Assembly (NCBI RefSeq): GCF_018350175.1
Contig: NC_058369.1
Span: 6,760,001 to 6,824,000, forward strand
Reading direction: 5' to 3'
Length of the DNA: 64,000 nt
Origin: Felis catus
Taxonomy: Eukaryota
Numbering within the stretch: the first letter of the stretch is position 1; the number at the start of each line of letters is the position of its first letter. The translations under genes and the position numbers were made by a program. The notes below the pieces were generated by a model that was given only the letters and a program-made list of their open reading frames with translations, was not told the origin of the DNA and did not search any database. Below are positions 11,344 through 24,012 of the stretch, in pieces.

Positions 11344-12939
11344 AATTTTTTTTTATAAAAAAAATTAACTTACAATTTCAAAACCACGATCGGCAGAGTG
11401 CGGTGCTGAATTGAGGCCTGTCTGAATACTATTTTTCTCACATGGACAGTGACAGCACCCTGCTCACTGGGCTGGTTGCCTGCCTTCCTGTTCCCTCCAA
11501 ATCCTTCTCTACAGCTCACGTGTTCAAAGCCCTCCGAGGCCCTCACACTGCAGTTGGAGCAAAGTCTGAATTTCTCACGGTGACCTCCAAGCCCTGGGGT
11601 CTGGCTCCAGCCACCTCTGGATGTTCCCCTCTCTCTGCTCCGCTCTACCACACCGGCCTCGGTGCTGGAACTTGCACACATGATAGCTTTGCCCACCTCA
11701 GGGCCTTTGCACATGCTCTTTCTTCCCTCTGCCTGGCTTCCTACACAACTGGCTCCATCTCATTCCTCAAGCCTCCACTCAGAGAAGTCTGTCCTCACCA
11801 CCCCAAACTGCCCTGCCCTCTCCGTCACTCACCACCTGGCCATCCTCCTTATTTACTCTTTAGCACATGCCAGCTTTCTGAGTCTCTATTTTATCATTCA
11901 TGCGTTCACTTGCCTCTATTTCCCCTGGTGGGCAGGGGCTGGGTCTGCCTTGGTCATGGCTGTATCCCCATGAGTGGCACACAACAGGCCCTCAAACATT
12001 TGTTGAATTAAAAAAAGGAATTAAAGTGCTAAGATTTCCTCACTGGGGCTGAGCAGGGAATCCTGTTCCGTTTAGTTCAGCTATGCGAGGTCACGGCAGC
12101 CTTGGAACCAGCCTTCTGGGGGCACACTCTGTGAAACGCTGTCCCGGACCCCTCCCTTCCTACTGCAGAAACTTCTACGTAATTCTTGACTCTCTGCCAG
12201 CCACCCCACCTTAGTTCAACCCCTTGTCTTCTCTGACTTTTCGAAACAGTCTCTTTACTCATCCTATGCCCCCGTCCCTGCGTTTCCCTCCACCCAACTA
12301 CACAGTGACCTTTCAAAAATGCAAACTGGCCATGCCCCGCCTCTGGTCTAAATTCTTTGGAGGCTTCTCATCGCCCTCAGGATCAAGTCCAAACTCTGCA
12401 ACCTGGCTCCCGGGCCCACCTTGCTCTAAGACCTGGCCCTATTCGATCTCCCCATACACCAGCGCTTCTGCCTTGCCAAAAACCCATCCTTCCCCACCAT
12501 GTCTGACATGGCTTCTCTCCAAGGCTGTTCCCTCTGCCAGGATGGCCTCCCAGTCTTCACCTGACACATTCCTTCAGAGGCTTTGCTTACATGACCGTGA
12601 TCCATGAAGCACCCCTGCTTCCCACAGACGGAATGCTGACTCCCCACCCCCACCACTCTGTAACTTCCTCTGGGAGAGAGACTGACCACATGATCTTCTA
12701 TCTGTGTTTCTATCTCTTACAGCTCCTAGATTCATGAATACCATATAGGGTAGCAGATACACTCAGGAGATTTGCAAAGCAAAAACAGACAAACAAACAA
12801 ACGTTTGCTGACTGATTCATTCATTTTTTTGACCACTCACCAGACACTAAGCACTGGGGATAAAGAGATGAATGAGACAGACGTGGCTGGAAAAGCAAAT
12901 AAATTTCTACCTATCCACTGCACCTGCTCTATGTTTTTC

Positions 12940-13150
12940 TTTTTAATAATTTATTGTCAAGTTGGCGAATATACAACATACACAGTGTACTCTTGGCTTC
13001 AGGAGTAGAGTCCTGTGATTCACCACTTACATACGACACCCAGTGCTCATCCCAACAAGTGCCCTCCTCAGTGCCCATCGCTCATTTTCTCTGCCCCCCC
13101 CACCCTCCACTCCCATCAACCTTCAGTTTGCCCTGTGTTTTCTATACCCC
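12940..13150 (-). mobile_element. Short carnivore L1 3'-end insertion
   Basis: acacccagtgctcatcccaacaagtgccctcctc matches the reverse complement of the L1 3' end at ~44930-44970; a similar fragment lies at ~56915-57060. Confidence 0.7.
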
Positions 13151-13305
13151 TTTGGTACTTCATCCTCCTTCTGACCTCAGTGGGTAGTTCTTTGTATATG
13201 GTTCATAGGAGCCCCGTGATGGAGTCTAAGCTGATTCCATCTCAAATCCAAAACAGATCTGGGTGATTGTGGAGGACAGATAGATGGATGTGAGGTCTAT
13301 TATTA

Positions 13306-13530
13306 TCAGGGTTTCTCCACTTGGGCATTACTGACATTTGGGGATGGATAATCCTCAGCCGTGGAAGACTGTCTTGTGGACTGTAGGAAATGCTACATTC
13401 CTGACCTTCTCCCACAGATGCCAGTAGCAACCCTCTCCCCTCTCCTTCCCCCCACAGTGGTGCCAAGTGAAATATCTCCAGATACTGCCAACTTTCCTGT
13501 GGGGGCAAAATCGCTCCTAATTGAGAACCA
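13306..13530 (+). mobile_element. MER20-like hAT element (further copies ~1866-2078, 4025-4160, 8570-8770, 52365-52560)
   Basis: cagggtttctccacttgggcattactgacatttgg...tctccagatactgcc...ttgagaacca. Confidence 0.7.
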
Positions 13531-13789
13531 CAGATTTATATCAACCAAAGACAAAATCAAGAAGAGACGTAGTCACAACTTCTACAGCTCAGTGGTTAAA
13601 AGCTTACGGTTCACATAAAAATTCATTGAGTTATCCACTTAAGATTTTTGGGCTTTATTGGGTATAAATTGTACCTCCATAGAAAAGAAAAAGGGAAGGT
13701 AATATTCTATATCTTTTTAAGGTGATGCTGATGTTCTATATCTCGATAGCAGTTTGGGTTGCATTTGTCCAAACTTAGCACATTATCCT

Positions 13790-15350
13790 TGATTCTAGGT
13801 AGGACTCCTGAGGCAAGGGAAATAAAAGCAAAAATAAACTATTGGGACTACAGCAAAATAAAAACTTCTGCACAGTGAAGGAAACAATCAACAATACTAA
13901 AAGACAACCACATAATGGGAAAAGATAGCTGCAAATGGCATATCCAATAAAGGATTAGTATCTAAAATACATAAAGAACTTATACAACTCAATACCCAAA
14001 AACAAATAACCCAATTAAAAAACGGGCAGAAGAGGGACGCCTGGGTGGCTCAGTCGGTTAAGTGTCTGACTTCGGCTCAGGTCATGATCTCGTGGTTCAT
14101 GAGTTTAAGCCCCGCATCGGGCTGTGTGCTGAGAGCTCAGAGCCTGGAGCCTGCTTTGGATTCTGTGTCTCCCTCTCTCTCTGCCCCTCCCCCACTCACA
14201 CTCTGTCTCCCTCCCTCTCTCTCTCTCTCTCCCTAAAATAAACATTAAAAATAAATGGGCAGAAGATACAAATAGACATTTTTTTTTTAATTTTTTTAAA
14301 AAAAAATGTTTATTTACTGTTGACAGAGAGGAAGAAACAGAGCCAGAGTGGGGGAGGGGCAGAGAGAGAGAGAGACCCAGAATCCGAAGCAGCCTCTAGG
14401 CCCTGAGCTGTCAGCACAGAGCCCCACGAGGAGCTCGAACTCACAGACCGTGAGATCAGGACCTGAGCCGAAGTCGGACGCTCAACCGACGGAGCCACCC
14501 AGGCGCCCCTAAATGGACATTTCTTCAAAGAAGACATCCAGATGGCCAACAAACACATGAAAAGGTGCTCAACATCACTCACTATCAGGCAAATACAAAC
14601 CAAAACTACCATGAGATACCACCTCATACCTGTCGGAATGGCGAAAGTCAACAACACAAGAAACAACAAGTGTTAGGACGTGGAGAAAAAGAAACCCTCA
14701 TGCGCTGTTGGTGGGAACGCAAACTGGTGCAGCCACTGAGGAAAACGATATGGAAGTTCCTCAAAAAATTAGAAATAGAACTACCCTAGGACCCAGCAAT
14801 TACACTCCTGGGTATTTGCCCAAAGAATACAAAAATACCGGTTCAAAGGGATACATGCACTCCCAGGTTTATAGCAGCATTATTTACAGTAGCCAAGATA
14901 TGGAAATAGCCCAAGTGTCTGTCCATTGACTGACGAATGGATAAGGAAGAGGTGAGGTGGTATATATATATACAATGGAATATTAATCAGAGCCATAAAA
15001 AGAATGAAATCTTGCCATCTGCAATGACATGGGTGGAGCTAAGTGAAATAAATCAAAGACAAATACCATGATTTCACCCATATGTGGAATTTAAGAAACA
15101 AAACAAACGATTAAAGGGGGCTGGGAGGGAAGAGGCAAATCAAGAAGCAGACACTTAATTATAGGGAACTGACGATTACTGGAGGGGAGGGGGGTGGGAG
15201 GGATGGGTTAAATAGGTGATGGGGATTAAGGAGAACACTTGTTGTAATGAGCATGGGGCACTATGTGGAAATGCTGAATCACTATACTGTATACCTGAAA
15301 CTAACACTGTATGTTAACTATAATGAAATGAAAATAAAACCTTAAAAAAA
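13790..15350 (+). mobile_element. L1 3' fragment interrupted by two SINEs
   Basis: ORF2 C-terminal remnants ([27 protein letters not shown]) and 3' UTR. Confidence 0.85.
14034..14509. mobile_element. Two Can-SINEs in inverted tail-to-tail orientation (14034-14254 +, 14279-14509 -)
   Basis: Each has its own TSD-like flanks (gggcagaaga; aaat[a/g]gacatt). Confidence 0.92.
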
Positions 15351-15407
15351 TACCTGAAATCTGTACATTTCACTGATGTAAATTTTGTATCAAAAGATAA
15401 AGATCTA

Positions 15408-15575
15408 GGGGTGCCTGGGGGGCTCCGTCGGTTGAGCGTCCGACTTCGGCTCAGGTCATGATCTCGCGGTCCGTGGGTTCGAGCCCCGCATGGGACTCTG
15501 TGCTGACAGCTCAGATGGAACCTGAAGCCTGCTTCAGAATCTGTCTCCCTTTCTCTCTGCCCCTCCCCCACTCAT

Positions 15576-15621
<46 letters not shown>

Positions 15622-15657
15622 AAAGATTAATAAACATTTTTAAAAAAATTTTTTAAA
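15408..15657 (+). mobile_element. Can-SINE
   Basis: TSD aaagataaagatcta. Confidence 0.92.
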
Positions 15658-16609
15658 GATAAAGATCTACACACAAATACTAAACTTTAGTTAGTTCTCT
15701 GCATGGTGAACTATTTATGGAGGGAGAGTACTGATAATACAGCTTCCTTGGAATGCATAGAAATAAGATGGTTAGATAAGGTGGATAGAAAGATGGATGG
15801 ATATGAGATAAAGCAAACAAGGCAAAATGTGAATGTAGAATCTACACAGTGGGTATTAAACAGTCCACAGCAACATTCTTTCAAGTTTGCTGTATTTTTG
15901 ACATTTTTCACTCAAGATGATGGAAAACAGTGCCTTGGGATGTACGCTTAAATTTGTGCTGTCGATGTGCCTAAGTTCTAATTCCTTAAAAAAGGACAAA
16001 ATAGGAGTCTGTAAGGCTGTGGGGTCAGATTCACCTCTGGCCGAGCTGTGCCTTTTCTCCCTCTGAACCTGCTTTCTCTCTCATCAACTTGCAGTGGTGA
16101 TTTATCGAGGTGAGTTTACAGGTACCAGCTCTCGAGTCGGACACAGGATTCAAATCACGGTTCCACCACTTGTCAGGTCATATTGGACAATGACCTCTCT
16201 TCCTGTGCAGCTCATACAGGCAATGACAGCACCTACCTCACCACATTGCTATTGAGGCTGAAATGTGATGTCTTGTGCCCCTTAACAAGCGAGCGACACC
16301 AAGAGATGACACTAAGCGTGCTTATCTGGGAGCATGAGTGAGACAAGACACCTTCTGCAATCCCTTGGGGGGGAATGGATTCTCCCAAAGCTCTTGGAAG
16401 AAATCAACCCTGTCAACACATGGATACTGACGGGGGACTTCTACCTTCCAGAAGCCTGATACATTTCTCTTGTTGAAGGCGCTCAGTTTGTGACACTTTG
16501 TTACAAGTCAGCCCTACGAGAGGAATACACCTGTAAATAGCAACAAGGAAGCGGGGCGCGCGAGGGCAGGGGGCGAAGATTCAATTCAAACTGACAGGTT
16601 TTCTTTACC

Positions 16610-17035
16610 GCTGAATAACATTCTGTTGTATACATACACCACATCTTCTTTATCCATTCCTCTACAGATGCACCAGCATGGACGGAGCTAGAGAGGACAA
16701 TGCTAAGTGAAATAAGTCAGAGAAAGACAAATGCTATATGATCTCACTCATATGCGGAATGTAAGATACAAGCCAAATGAGCAAAGGGGAAAAGAGAGAG
16801 AGAGACAAAGCAAGGAACAGACTCTAAACTATGAGAACAAGCTGATGGTTCCCAGAGGGAGGTGGGGGGCTGGGCGAAATAAGTGATGGGGATGAAGGCG
16901 TGCACTTGTCATGATGAGCGCTGGGTGATGCGTGCAAGTGTGGAATCACTATCTTGTACACCTGAACCTAATATAACCCTGGCTGGTAACTGCACTGGAA
17001 TGAAAATAAGATAAAATGAAAAACAAACAAAAAAA
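16610..17035. mobile_element. L1 3'-end fragments
   Basis: Typical L1 3' sequence (atgctaagtgaaataagtcag...tgtacacctgaa) with a short antisense piece. Confidence 0.7.
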
Positions 17036-17428
17036 CACCTGACAGGTTTTTGCCAGGAGCCACCATGTGCCAGGTACTGGGCAGGTAGGAGTGGGTAGCA
17101 GGGACCAAGATCCCCACTGCTAGGGGGACTTTAGAGTGACTGAAGGAGGCAGGCAAGAAGGGTTAAATAGCGTGCTTGCCACTGTGACGACCAGTGACCT
17201 GCAAGTGGGGACTTAATCTAGCCTGGGGCTTGCTGAAACCTGGGGGTGGGGGTGGAGACCTGAAGGGTGAGTAATGGACAAAAGGAGGGCAGAGGGGCGG
17301 GTAGGCAGACAGCATGGCGTGCCAGACCAGAGGCCAGAGTGAGCTGGGACAGAAGTTCCCTTCCGGGGGAGAAAGGCCCAGGGAGAATCTGGAGAGACAG
17401 GTGGCAGGGCCCAGAAGCCATGGAGCCA

Positions 17429-17825
17429 GGTGGACCCAGAATAATGACCTCCCCGCGATGTCTACATCCTGATTCCCAGACCTGTGAACGTGACCTTAGG
17501 TGGCAAAAGGGACTTTGCAGATGTACTTGAGTTTTAAGGAGGTAGAGATGGGGAGGTGCTCCTGGATGACCCGGGGGCCTCTGTCATCACAGAGTCCTTC
17601 TAAGAGGGACACAGGAGGGTCAGAGTCCAAGGAGGAGATGTGATGAGGGAAGCAGAGTCAGAGGCAGATCTGAAGCCGCTCCACTTGTTGGTTTGAAGAC
17701 AGAGGGTGGACCCGTGAGCCAAGGAATGTGGACAACTTTCTAGAAGCTGGAAGAGGCAAGGAACCGATTCTGCCCATCACTAAGTTTGTGGTGACTTGGT
17801 ACAGTGGCCATAGGAAACTTGTACA
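17429..17825 (+). mobile_element. MaLR LTR (MLT1C/D-like)
   Basis: ggcaaaagggactttgcagatgt...gagccaaggaatgtgg...ctagaagctggaagaggcaaggaa. Confidence 0.75.
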
Positions 17826-18798
17826 TCATGGGCTGGTCGGGAGGGACTTCACAGCGCCAGTTGGGGGATTGGGGCGGGGGGGGCTATGTGCGTAGATGAA
17901 CCAACAGATAGGCCAGCAGCCCTTGTCCCCATCACCACCAGCACCCTTTTTGAGCATTTACCGGCAGGATCCTGTTTAATTTTTTAAACCTCACAGCAAA
18001 AATCTCAGAGTCACGGGCTATTTTGCCCTTTTCACAGATGTGGAAACCACAGCCCAGAGCAATCATTCAACTTGCTCATTCAGTGAAACAGAGGCCAACG
18101 CGGGATTTGAACCCGGGCAGGTCCAAGCCCAGAGCCTGCACACGTGCACTCCCCACAGTGTATTTCACTGCGTGTTTGTTAGCATAGATGAATGGGCCAA
18201 GAAAAGCACCCATGATCCTGCAGCTGAGATGTCCTGCTCCAAGGATCTTCCTCCAAGGAGGTGGCCACAGTGACACGTGTGGGAGGAAATCTTTGAGGGG
18301 ACCTTGAGCCCCGATATGCAAGGGTGGGGGTAAGGGGCACAAACCTCAGGTTGAGGCCTCTCAGGTGATCACTGAGGGATTCAGTACTATAATGTTTTCT
18401 TTCAGGAAGGAACTTCCCAAGAGTGGTCTTCTCGATAGTGCCACGGGGACAGATTTTAATTACGTGAAAATGTCTGGGTTTTCCTTACCTAATAAGACCC
18501 CACTGCAACATTCCCCACGTGGAGACTTGCAGCCTCTCCTTGCATGCCTCCAGTGATGGTGAGCTCACTATGTTATTCAACTCGCATGAGTAATCCCAAC
18601 TTTCGTGATCAATCATGACAACTTCTCTCTGTTGATAACTTCCTTCTGACTGCTAGAGCTACAAAGTCTTGTCTCTTCCAACATGCAATCTCTTGCTTTT
18701 TCTTCAACCAGAGGCAGATTGCAAAATAGTACATGTGAGCGTCTATTCAGTTCACTGCACCCAGATTAAGATCCAAATGCCACACTGGCTGAGGAAGT

Positions 18799-19320
18799 TG
18801 CGGTAGGCAACTATCAAAGGTGGCCCTCAATGGCCCCCCTCACGTCCTGTGGAGCCCCTTGGATGTGGGCTGCACTTAACGAGTCCGTTCTGATGAACAG
18901 GATATGGCCAGTGTGACAGTAGGCCCTTCGGTGATTCGGTTACACAAGATTATGGCTTCTCTCTTGTCATACCCTCTCTGCTGCCTTTCTTGCTTGCATG
19001 TTTGATGAAGCAAATGGCCATGTGGGAGAGGACCGTGGGGTGAGGAACTGAGGGTGGTCTCCTGCCAACAGCCAGCAAGAAACTGAGGGTCCCTAATCCA
19101 ACAGCTACAAGGAACTGAATCTTGCCAACGGTGAGCTTGGAAGCAAATCTTTTCCAAGCTGAGCCTTGAGATGATACCCTGACTACAGCCTGTGGGAGCC
19201 CGATGGAGGAGCTAAGCTGCACCCAGATCCCTGACCCACAGAAACTGGGGTAACAAATGTTTCAAGCCTTTAAGTTTGGGGGTGGGGTAATTTGTCACGT
19301 ACCAACAGATGCCTGATACA
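18799..19320 (+). mobile_element. MaLR LTR (MLT1E/F-like)
   Basis: ccaacagccagcaagaaactgagg...gccttgagatga...cctgacccacagaaactg; TG...CA ends. Confidence 0.75.
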
Positions 19321-19403
19321 AACGCCCCACCCAAGCTGGCCGCTGCCTACCTCGCTGACCTCTTCTGACTCCTTGTTCGCACACCCCAGCCACTCCAGCC
19401 TTC

Positions 19404-19621
19404 TTAAAATTTTTTTTTAATGTTTATTTATTTTTGAGACAGAGAGAGACAGAGCATGAACAGGGGAGGGGCAGAGAGAGAGGGAGACACAGAATCTGAA
19501 ACAGGCTCCAGGCTCTGAGCTGTCAGCACAGAGCCTGACGCGGGGCTTGAACTCACGGACTGTGAGATCATGACCTGAGCCGAAGTCCGACGCTTAACCG
19601 ACCAAGCCATCCAGGCGCCCC
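19404..19621 (-). mobile_element. Can-SINE
   Basis: TSD ccagccttcttaaa. Confidence 0.92.
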
Positions 19622-20752
19622 CCAGCCTTCTTAAAGCCCCCGGACATGCCGCACATATTCTCTCCCAAGAACGGCTTTCACAGAGGCTGTTCCTTCTGCC
19701 TGAAATGCTCTTCCCCCTGCAAGATCCCTCTCACCCTTTCAGTCTTAGCTCACATGTCACCTCTTAGGTGACCACCTTACCTGTACTTGCCTCCAACCCC
19801 TTGCTCACCTGGGCCTCTGTTCGCTTTTTTGTAACCTTCTAGATGTTCTGCCTCTGTGAGAGCAGAGACCTTAACTGCATTGCCTGCTGCGTACCCTTCG
19901 CACTCGGCACGAGCATGGCCACAAAGCAGGTGCTCAATAAATACTTGCCAATTGAGTGAGTGAGTGAATGAAGTTGTTGCAAAGGAGACGCATCTGCTTG
20001 ATGCTTTGAGTTAGAAAACAAAGTAAGAGTGGGGTCTAGAGCCACGTGCCCTCACGCCCGGCACCACAACCCTGCCCAGCTCTTGCTGGCTGGGCGGGCG
20101 GGGGTCAGCCTGCACTTCCTCTACCCCTCGCGGAGGCTGGGGGGCACATCCCGCCTGCCAGGAGGACTCCCTCCCGCCGTCCGCTTGGTCTAGTGACCAT
20201 CATGCCCTACGGTTCTTCATGGTCTCCTGGCCACACCTGTGGGTGTCAGTGGGCTCAGGTAACACCGTGACAGGCTGCTAATCTCAAGTGACCACAGAGG
20301 CAGCTGGGCAGGACTGCCAGGAAGGGCTCGGGTGGGGCCAGACCAGGAGAACCCCAGCCAGGGTGCACTGGCTCTCTTGAAATGTATAAAGAACACAGAG
20401 ATGGGGGAGAGCCCGTGTTACCTCTTTGGTAACTTAGAACATTCTGAGCCGCAAATGTATTTTGGAAGAAGCATTCCTCTGTGAACAGTCCCCGAGTAAC
20501 AAATAACCCCTGGGTGCAAAAGATCCTTGCAAACAAACGGCTAGCCCAGGATCAGCCCCGTTCTGGAAGCTGCAATCATACACACGGAACACGGTGGCAC
20601 TATCATTTATCATTTACTGCATCGCCAGCGTGCACTGATGGTGCTGGCTCCCACCCTTTATGACAACTCTTGTCAGTATTGGTTAATATTAACGGGAGTG
20701 CTTCTCAAACTTGAATCCACTTGGGAACCACTTCCTAAAAGGCAGAGACTGT

Positions 20753-20979
20753 GGGGCACCCGGGTGCCTCAGTCGGTTAAGCGTCCGACTTCGGCTCAGG
20801 TCACGATCTCGCGGTCCGTGAGATCGAGCCCCACATCCGGCTCTGGGCTGATGGCTCGGAGCCTGGAGCCTGTTTCCGATTCTGTGTCTCCCTCTCTCTC
20901 TGCCCCTCCCCCGTTCATGCCCTGTCTCTCTCTGTCTCAAAAATAAATAAAAACGTTAAAAAAAAATTAAAAAAAAAAA
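20753..20979 (+). mobile_element. Can-SINE
   Basis: Canonical head, (CT)n, A tail. Confidence 0.92.
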
Positions 20980-21621
20980 GCAAATAAAAATAAGCAAAAA
21001 TTTTAAACAGCCTTCTGATGCGGCACCTGCCGGAGAGCAGAAGCTGGGCAGAGGTCATTCTTATCACTTAATTATAATAATCGTCACAACCGCCCAGCGA
21101 GGTAGATGGGCATTACCCAGGGACACCTCACAGGGAAGGAAACCGAAGCTCGGGGAAGACGTGCCAGGGGCACACAAGACTGCGTCAGCACGCTGTTTCT
21201 TGCATGTTCACATCCCCGGGAAGGCGTAAGAGTTGCAGAAACAGGAGGTGCTCCAGGCAGCAGACATGCGGCCTTGTGAGGAACGGATCTGGGGCCCACG
21301 TCTCAAAGTCAGCGAGACTTACTTCCCTGCAACCAGAGGAAAAGGATTTCCCAGACAGGACAGCCACCCACCTGGCTCGGGGCTGGCACAGCCCTGCGGG
21401 GAGCAAGCGCAGGTGTGGGGGCCCAGAAAGAAAGGACCTATTCTAGAACAATGCGTCCATCCCCCCGCCGTGGCCCCTTCCTACCAGGGGACCGTCCCAC
21501 CACTTTCCTCCCCAGGAGATAAGCGACTCACACACAGGCCTGGGAAGTTACTGGGTTCTGCAGACACTGAGAAGCTGTAAAACCCAATTTGAAGTGGAAG
21601 CCTTTTTAAACATTAAACTTT

Positions 21622-21783
21622 GGGGACGCCTGGGTGGCTCAGTCGGTTAAGCGTCCGTCTTGGGCTCAGGTCATGATCTCGTGGCTTGTGAGTTTGAGCC
21701 CCACGTCGGGCTGTGTGCTGACAGTGCAGAGGCTGCTTGGGATTCTCTCTCTCTGCTCTCTCTCTCTGTCCCTTCCCCCGCTT

Positions 21784-21820
<37 letters not shown>

Positions 21821-21838
21821 AAATAAACTTCAAAAAAA
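21622..21838 (+). mobile_element. Can-SINE
   Basis: Canonical structure; TSD taaactttgg. Confidence 0.9.
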
Positions 21839-21974
21839 CTAACTTTGGAAGTATAGTTCCTGGAACAAGATAATGCCCCCTCTCCAGGGTCCAGGTTCTT
21901 GAGAAAGCAGAAGGAATGGGGACAGATAATGTCCCCTGAGGGTCACATGCATCCTCCCAACACTTAGCTGTAGG

Positions 21975-22175
21975 GTGTGAGGTGACCCCTCATTGTGGTT
22001 GTGATTCGCATTTCCCTGTCGATGAGTTACGTCCAGCAACTTTTCACGTGCCTTGGCCACCCGTATGTGCTCTTTGGAAAAACGTCCGTTCAGCTTCTTT
22101 GCCCCCTTTCCGATCAGATCATTTGTTTTTTGGTTTTTGGTTTTTGGGGGGTTTTTTATTTTTATTTTTTTTCTG
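21975..22175 (-). mobile_element. Antisense L1 fragment
   Basis: RFSKEHIRVA remnant of the ORF2 C-terminus. Confidence 0.65.
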
Positions 22176-22754
22176 GCTAGAGTAGGTCTCAAGTGACCTC
22201 ACTGCAGAAGAGAAACGGCCCCACGCGGCGTGATGGAGGTGCTGGCTGAGGCTGGGCCTTTACGGTTTTGCAGCACATCATGTATCAAATCAGCACATGT
22301 GCACCTTAAACTTACACAATGTTATAGGTCCATTGTAGCTCCGTAAAGCCGTAAAGCCCAGGAAAGGGAAGAACCACAAACCCGAAGGCTTCCAGGGTGT
22401 GGGGAGAAAGGGGAGGCTCACGGTGACTGAGACGTAGCAAAATCAGAGTCACCAACAGCCGCAGCGCCCAGGCCTTTCTCCCCCGGGTAGCAGGCCCCAG
22501 GCTGGGGCGGGTGTCATAGAGAACCCCCTTCCAGTTGCTTGGGGAGCTCGGCGGAGCTGTCCCTTCTGTGGGGGGAGGGGTGCATCTGCCTTTTCCCTCC
22601 TGGCCGCTCCGAGAATTAGGTTCGGGCTTTAAAATCAGTCCAATCGGGGCTGAAACCCTGACCTCGCCTCTTGCCTAAATTCTGCAATCTTTGCCACTAC
22701 AGAAGGCTCCCCCTTCCCTGATCTCCAAACACTTAAGCGCCACGGGCTCACTGT

Positions 22755-22758
<4 letters not shown>

Positions 22759-22802
<44 letters not shown>
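22759..22802. repeat. (AT)n microsatellite at a SINE tail
   Basis: Seen directly. Confidence 0.95.
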
Positions 22803-22805
<3 letters not shown>

Positions 22806-23259
22806 GGTTATTTTTGAAGAGAGAGAAAGAATGTGAGTGGGGGAGGGGCAGAGAGAGGGGACAAAGGATCTGAAGTGGGCTCTTTGCTGACAGCAGAGAG
22901 CCCTATGTGGGGGGTTGAACTCACGAAGCCGTGAGATCATGACCTGAGCTGAAGTTGGACGCTTAACCGACTGAGCCACCCAGGCGCCCCGCAATATATT
23001 TCTATCGGACAGTATCATACTATAATTACTCTCATTTTTTTTTCACTTTTTTTTTTCAACGTTTATTTATTTTTGGGACAGAGAGAGACAGAGCATGAAC
23101 GGGGGAGGGGCAGAGAGAGAGGGAGACACAGAGTCGGAAACAGGCTCCAGGCTCCGAGCCATCAGCCCAGAGCCCGACGCGGGGCTCGAACTCCCGGACC
23201 GCGAGATCGTGACCTGGCTGAAGTCGGACGCTTAACCGACTGCGCCACCCAGGCGCCCC
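22801..23259 (-). mobile_element. Two Can-SINEs (22801-22990, 23035-23259)
   Basis: Canonical; second copy has TSD taattactctcatttt. Confidence 0.9.
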
Positions 23260-23991
23260 TAATTACTCTCATTTTACACAGAAGCAAATCAAGGCACAGA
23301 GAGGTTAAGTAACATGTCTGTTGTAACACAGCTAGTGAGTAGCTGAGTCATATTTGAATCCGGAGCATGTGGCTGCAAAGTCAGGGCACTTAGCTACTGT
23401 CCTGGCCCCAACATCCCTCATATATCAGTGGTGAAGTCTGTGGGAAAGGGAGTACCTGAGGGGCAGAGACCAGCCCCCACCCTCCGCCTCAAGGAAGGAA
23501 CCCTTGCACCAAGATACCAAGACTGTCTGCCCTGGACAGAGAAAGGCTGAAGCCGAACAACACGTTTGGGTTTGTCTGTCTTTTCCCCTACAGATTTCCA
23601 TCCAGGGCGGATCTCAATCGTCCTCATGTTGAGCCCCATAACACACCAAGAGGGAAACATTTGTGAGCACCCGGTGGAAGAAACAGTGAGGTGTGGAACA
23701 AAACACAATTGCGTTTGCGGATGATTGGGTTTAAAGCAAACAAAGCTCTCTCTCTCTTTCTCTCTCTGTGTGTGTCTCTCTCTGAGTGTGGCTGGCCCTG
23801 GGGATAGAGCCAAGGTCAGCACCCAGCTTCCCGGGACACCTGTCCCAAGCAGAAGGGTCCTCAGCTGGCCAGAGTCACTGAGACTCAGGACCTTTCCTGG
23901 GACCTCAACTACTAGCCTCCCCAGAAAAAACTGGAAGAGAAATGTCAACTGTCTTTGCCTCTAGATACCTTCTGTTTAAAGCCACACTCAC

Positions 23992-24012
23992 CTGTCACTA
24001 AAGCAAACTGAC
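23992..24012 (-). CDS. Candidate 21-nt symmetric micro-exon (G-QFALVT-)
   Basis: TTTCTCTAACCACAG|GTCAGTTTGCTTTAGTGACAG|GTGAGT; open in phase 1, lies in non-repeat sequence. Confidence 0.42.

Noticed and set aside
21317..21400. Minus-strand acceptor/donor pairs giving a 4-nt or 71-nt exon ending at GTAAGT
   Set aside because: Not frame-symmetric, no mucin-like peptide; such motifs occur by chance.
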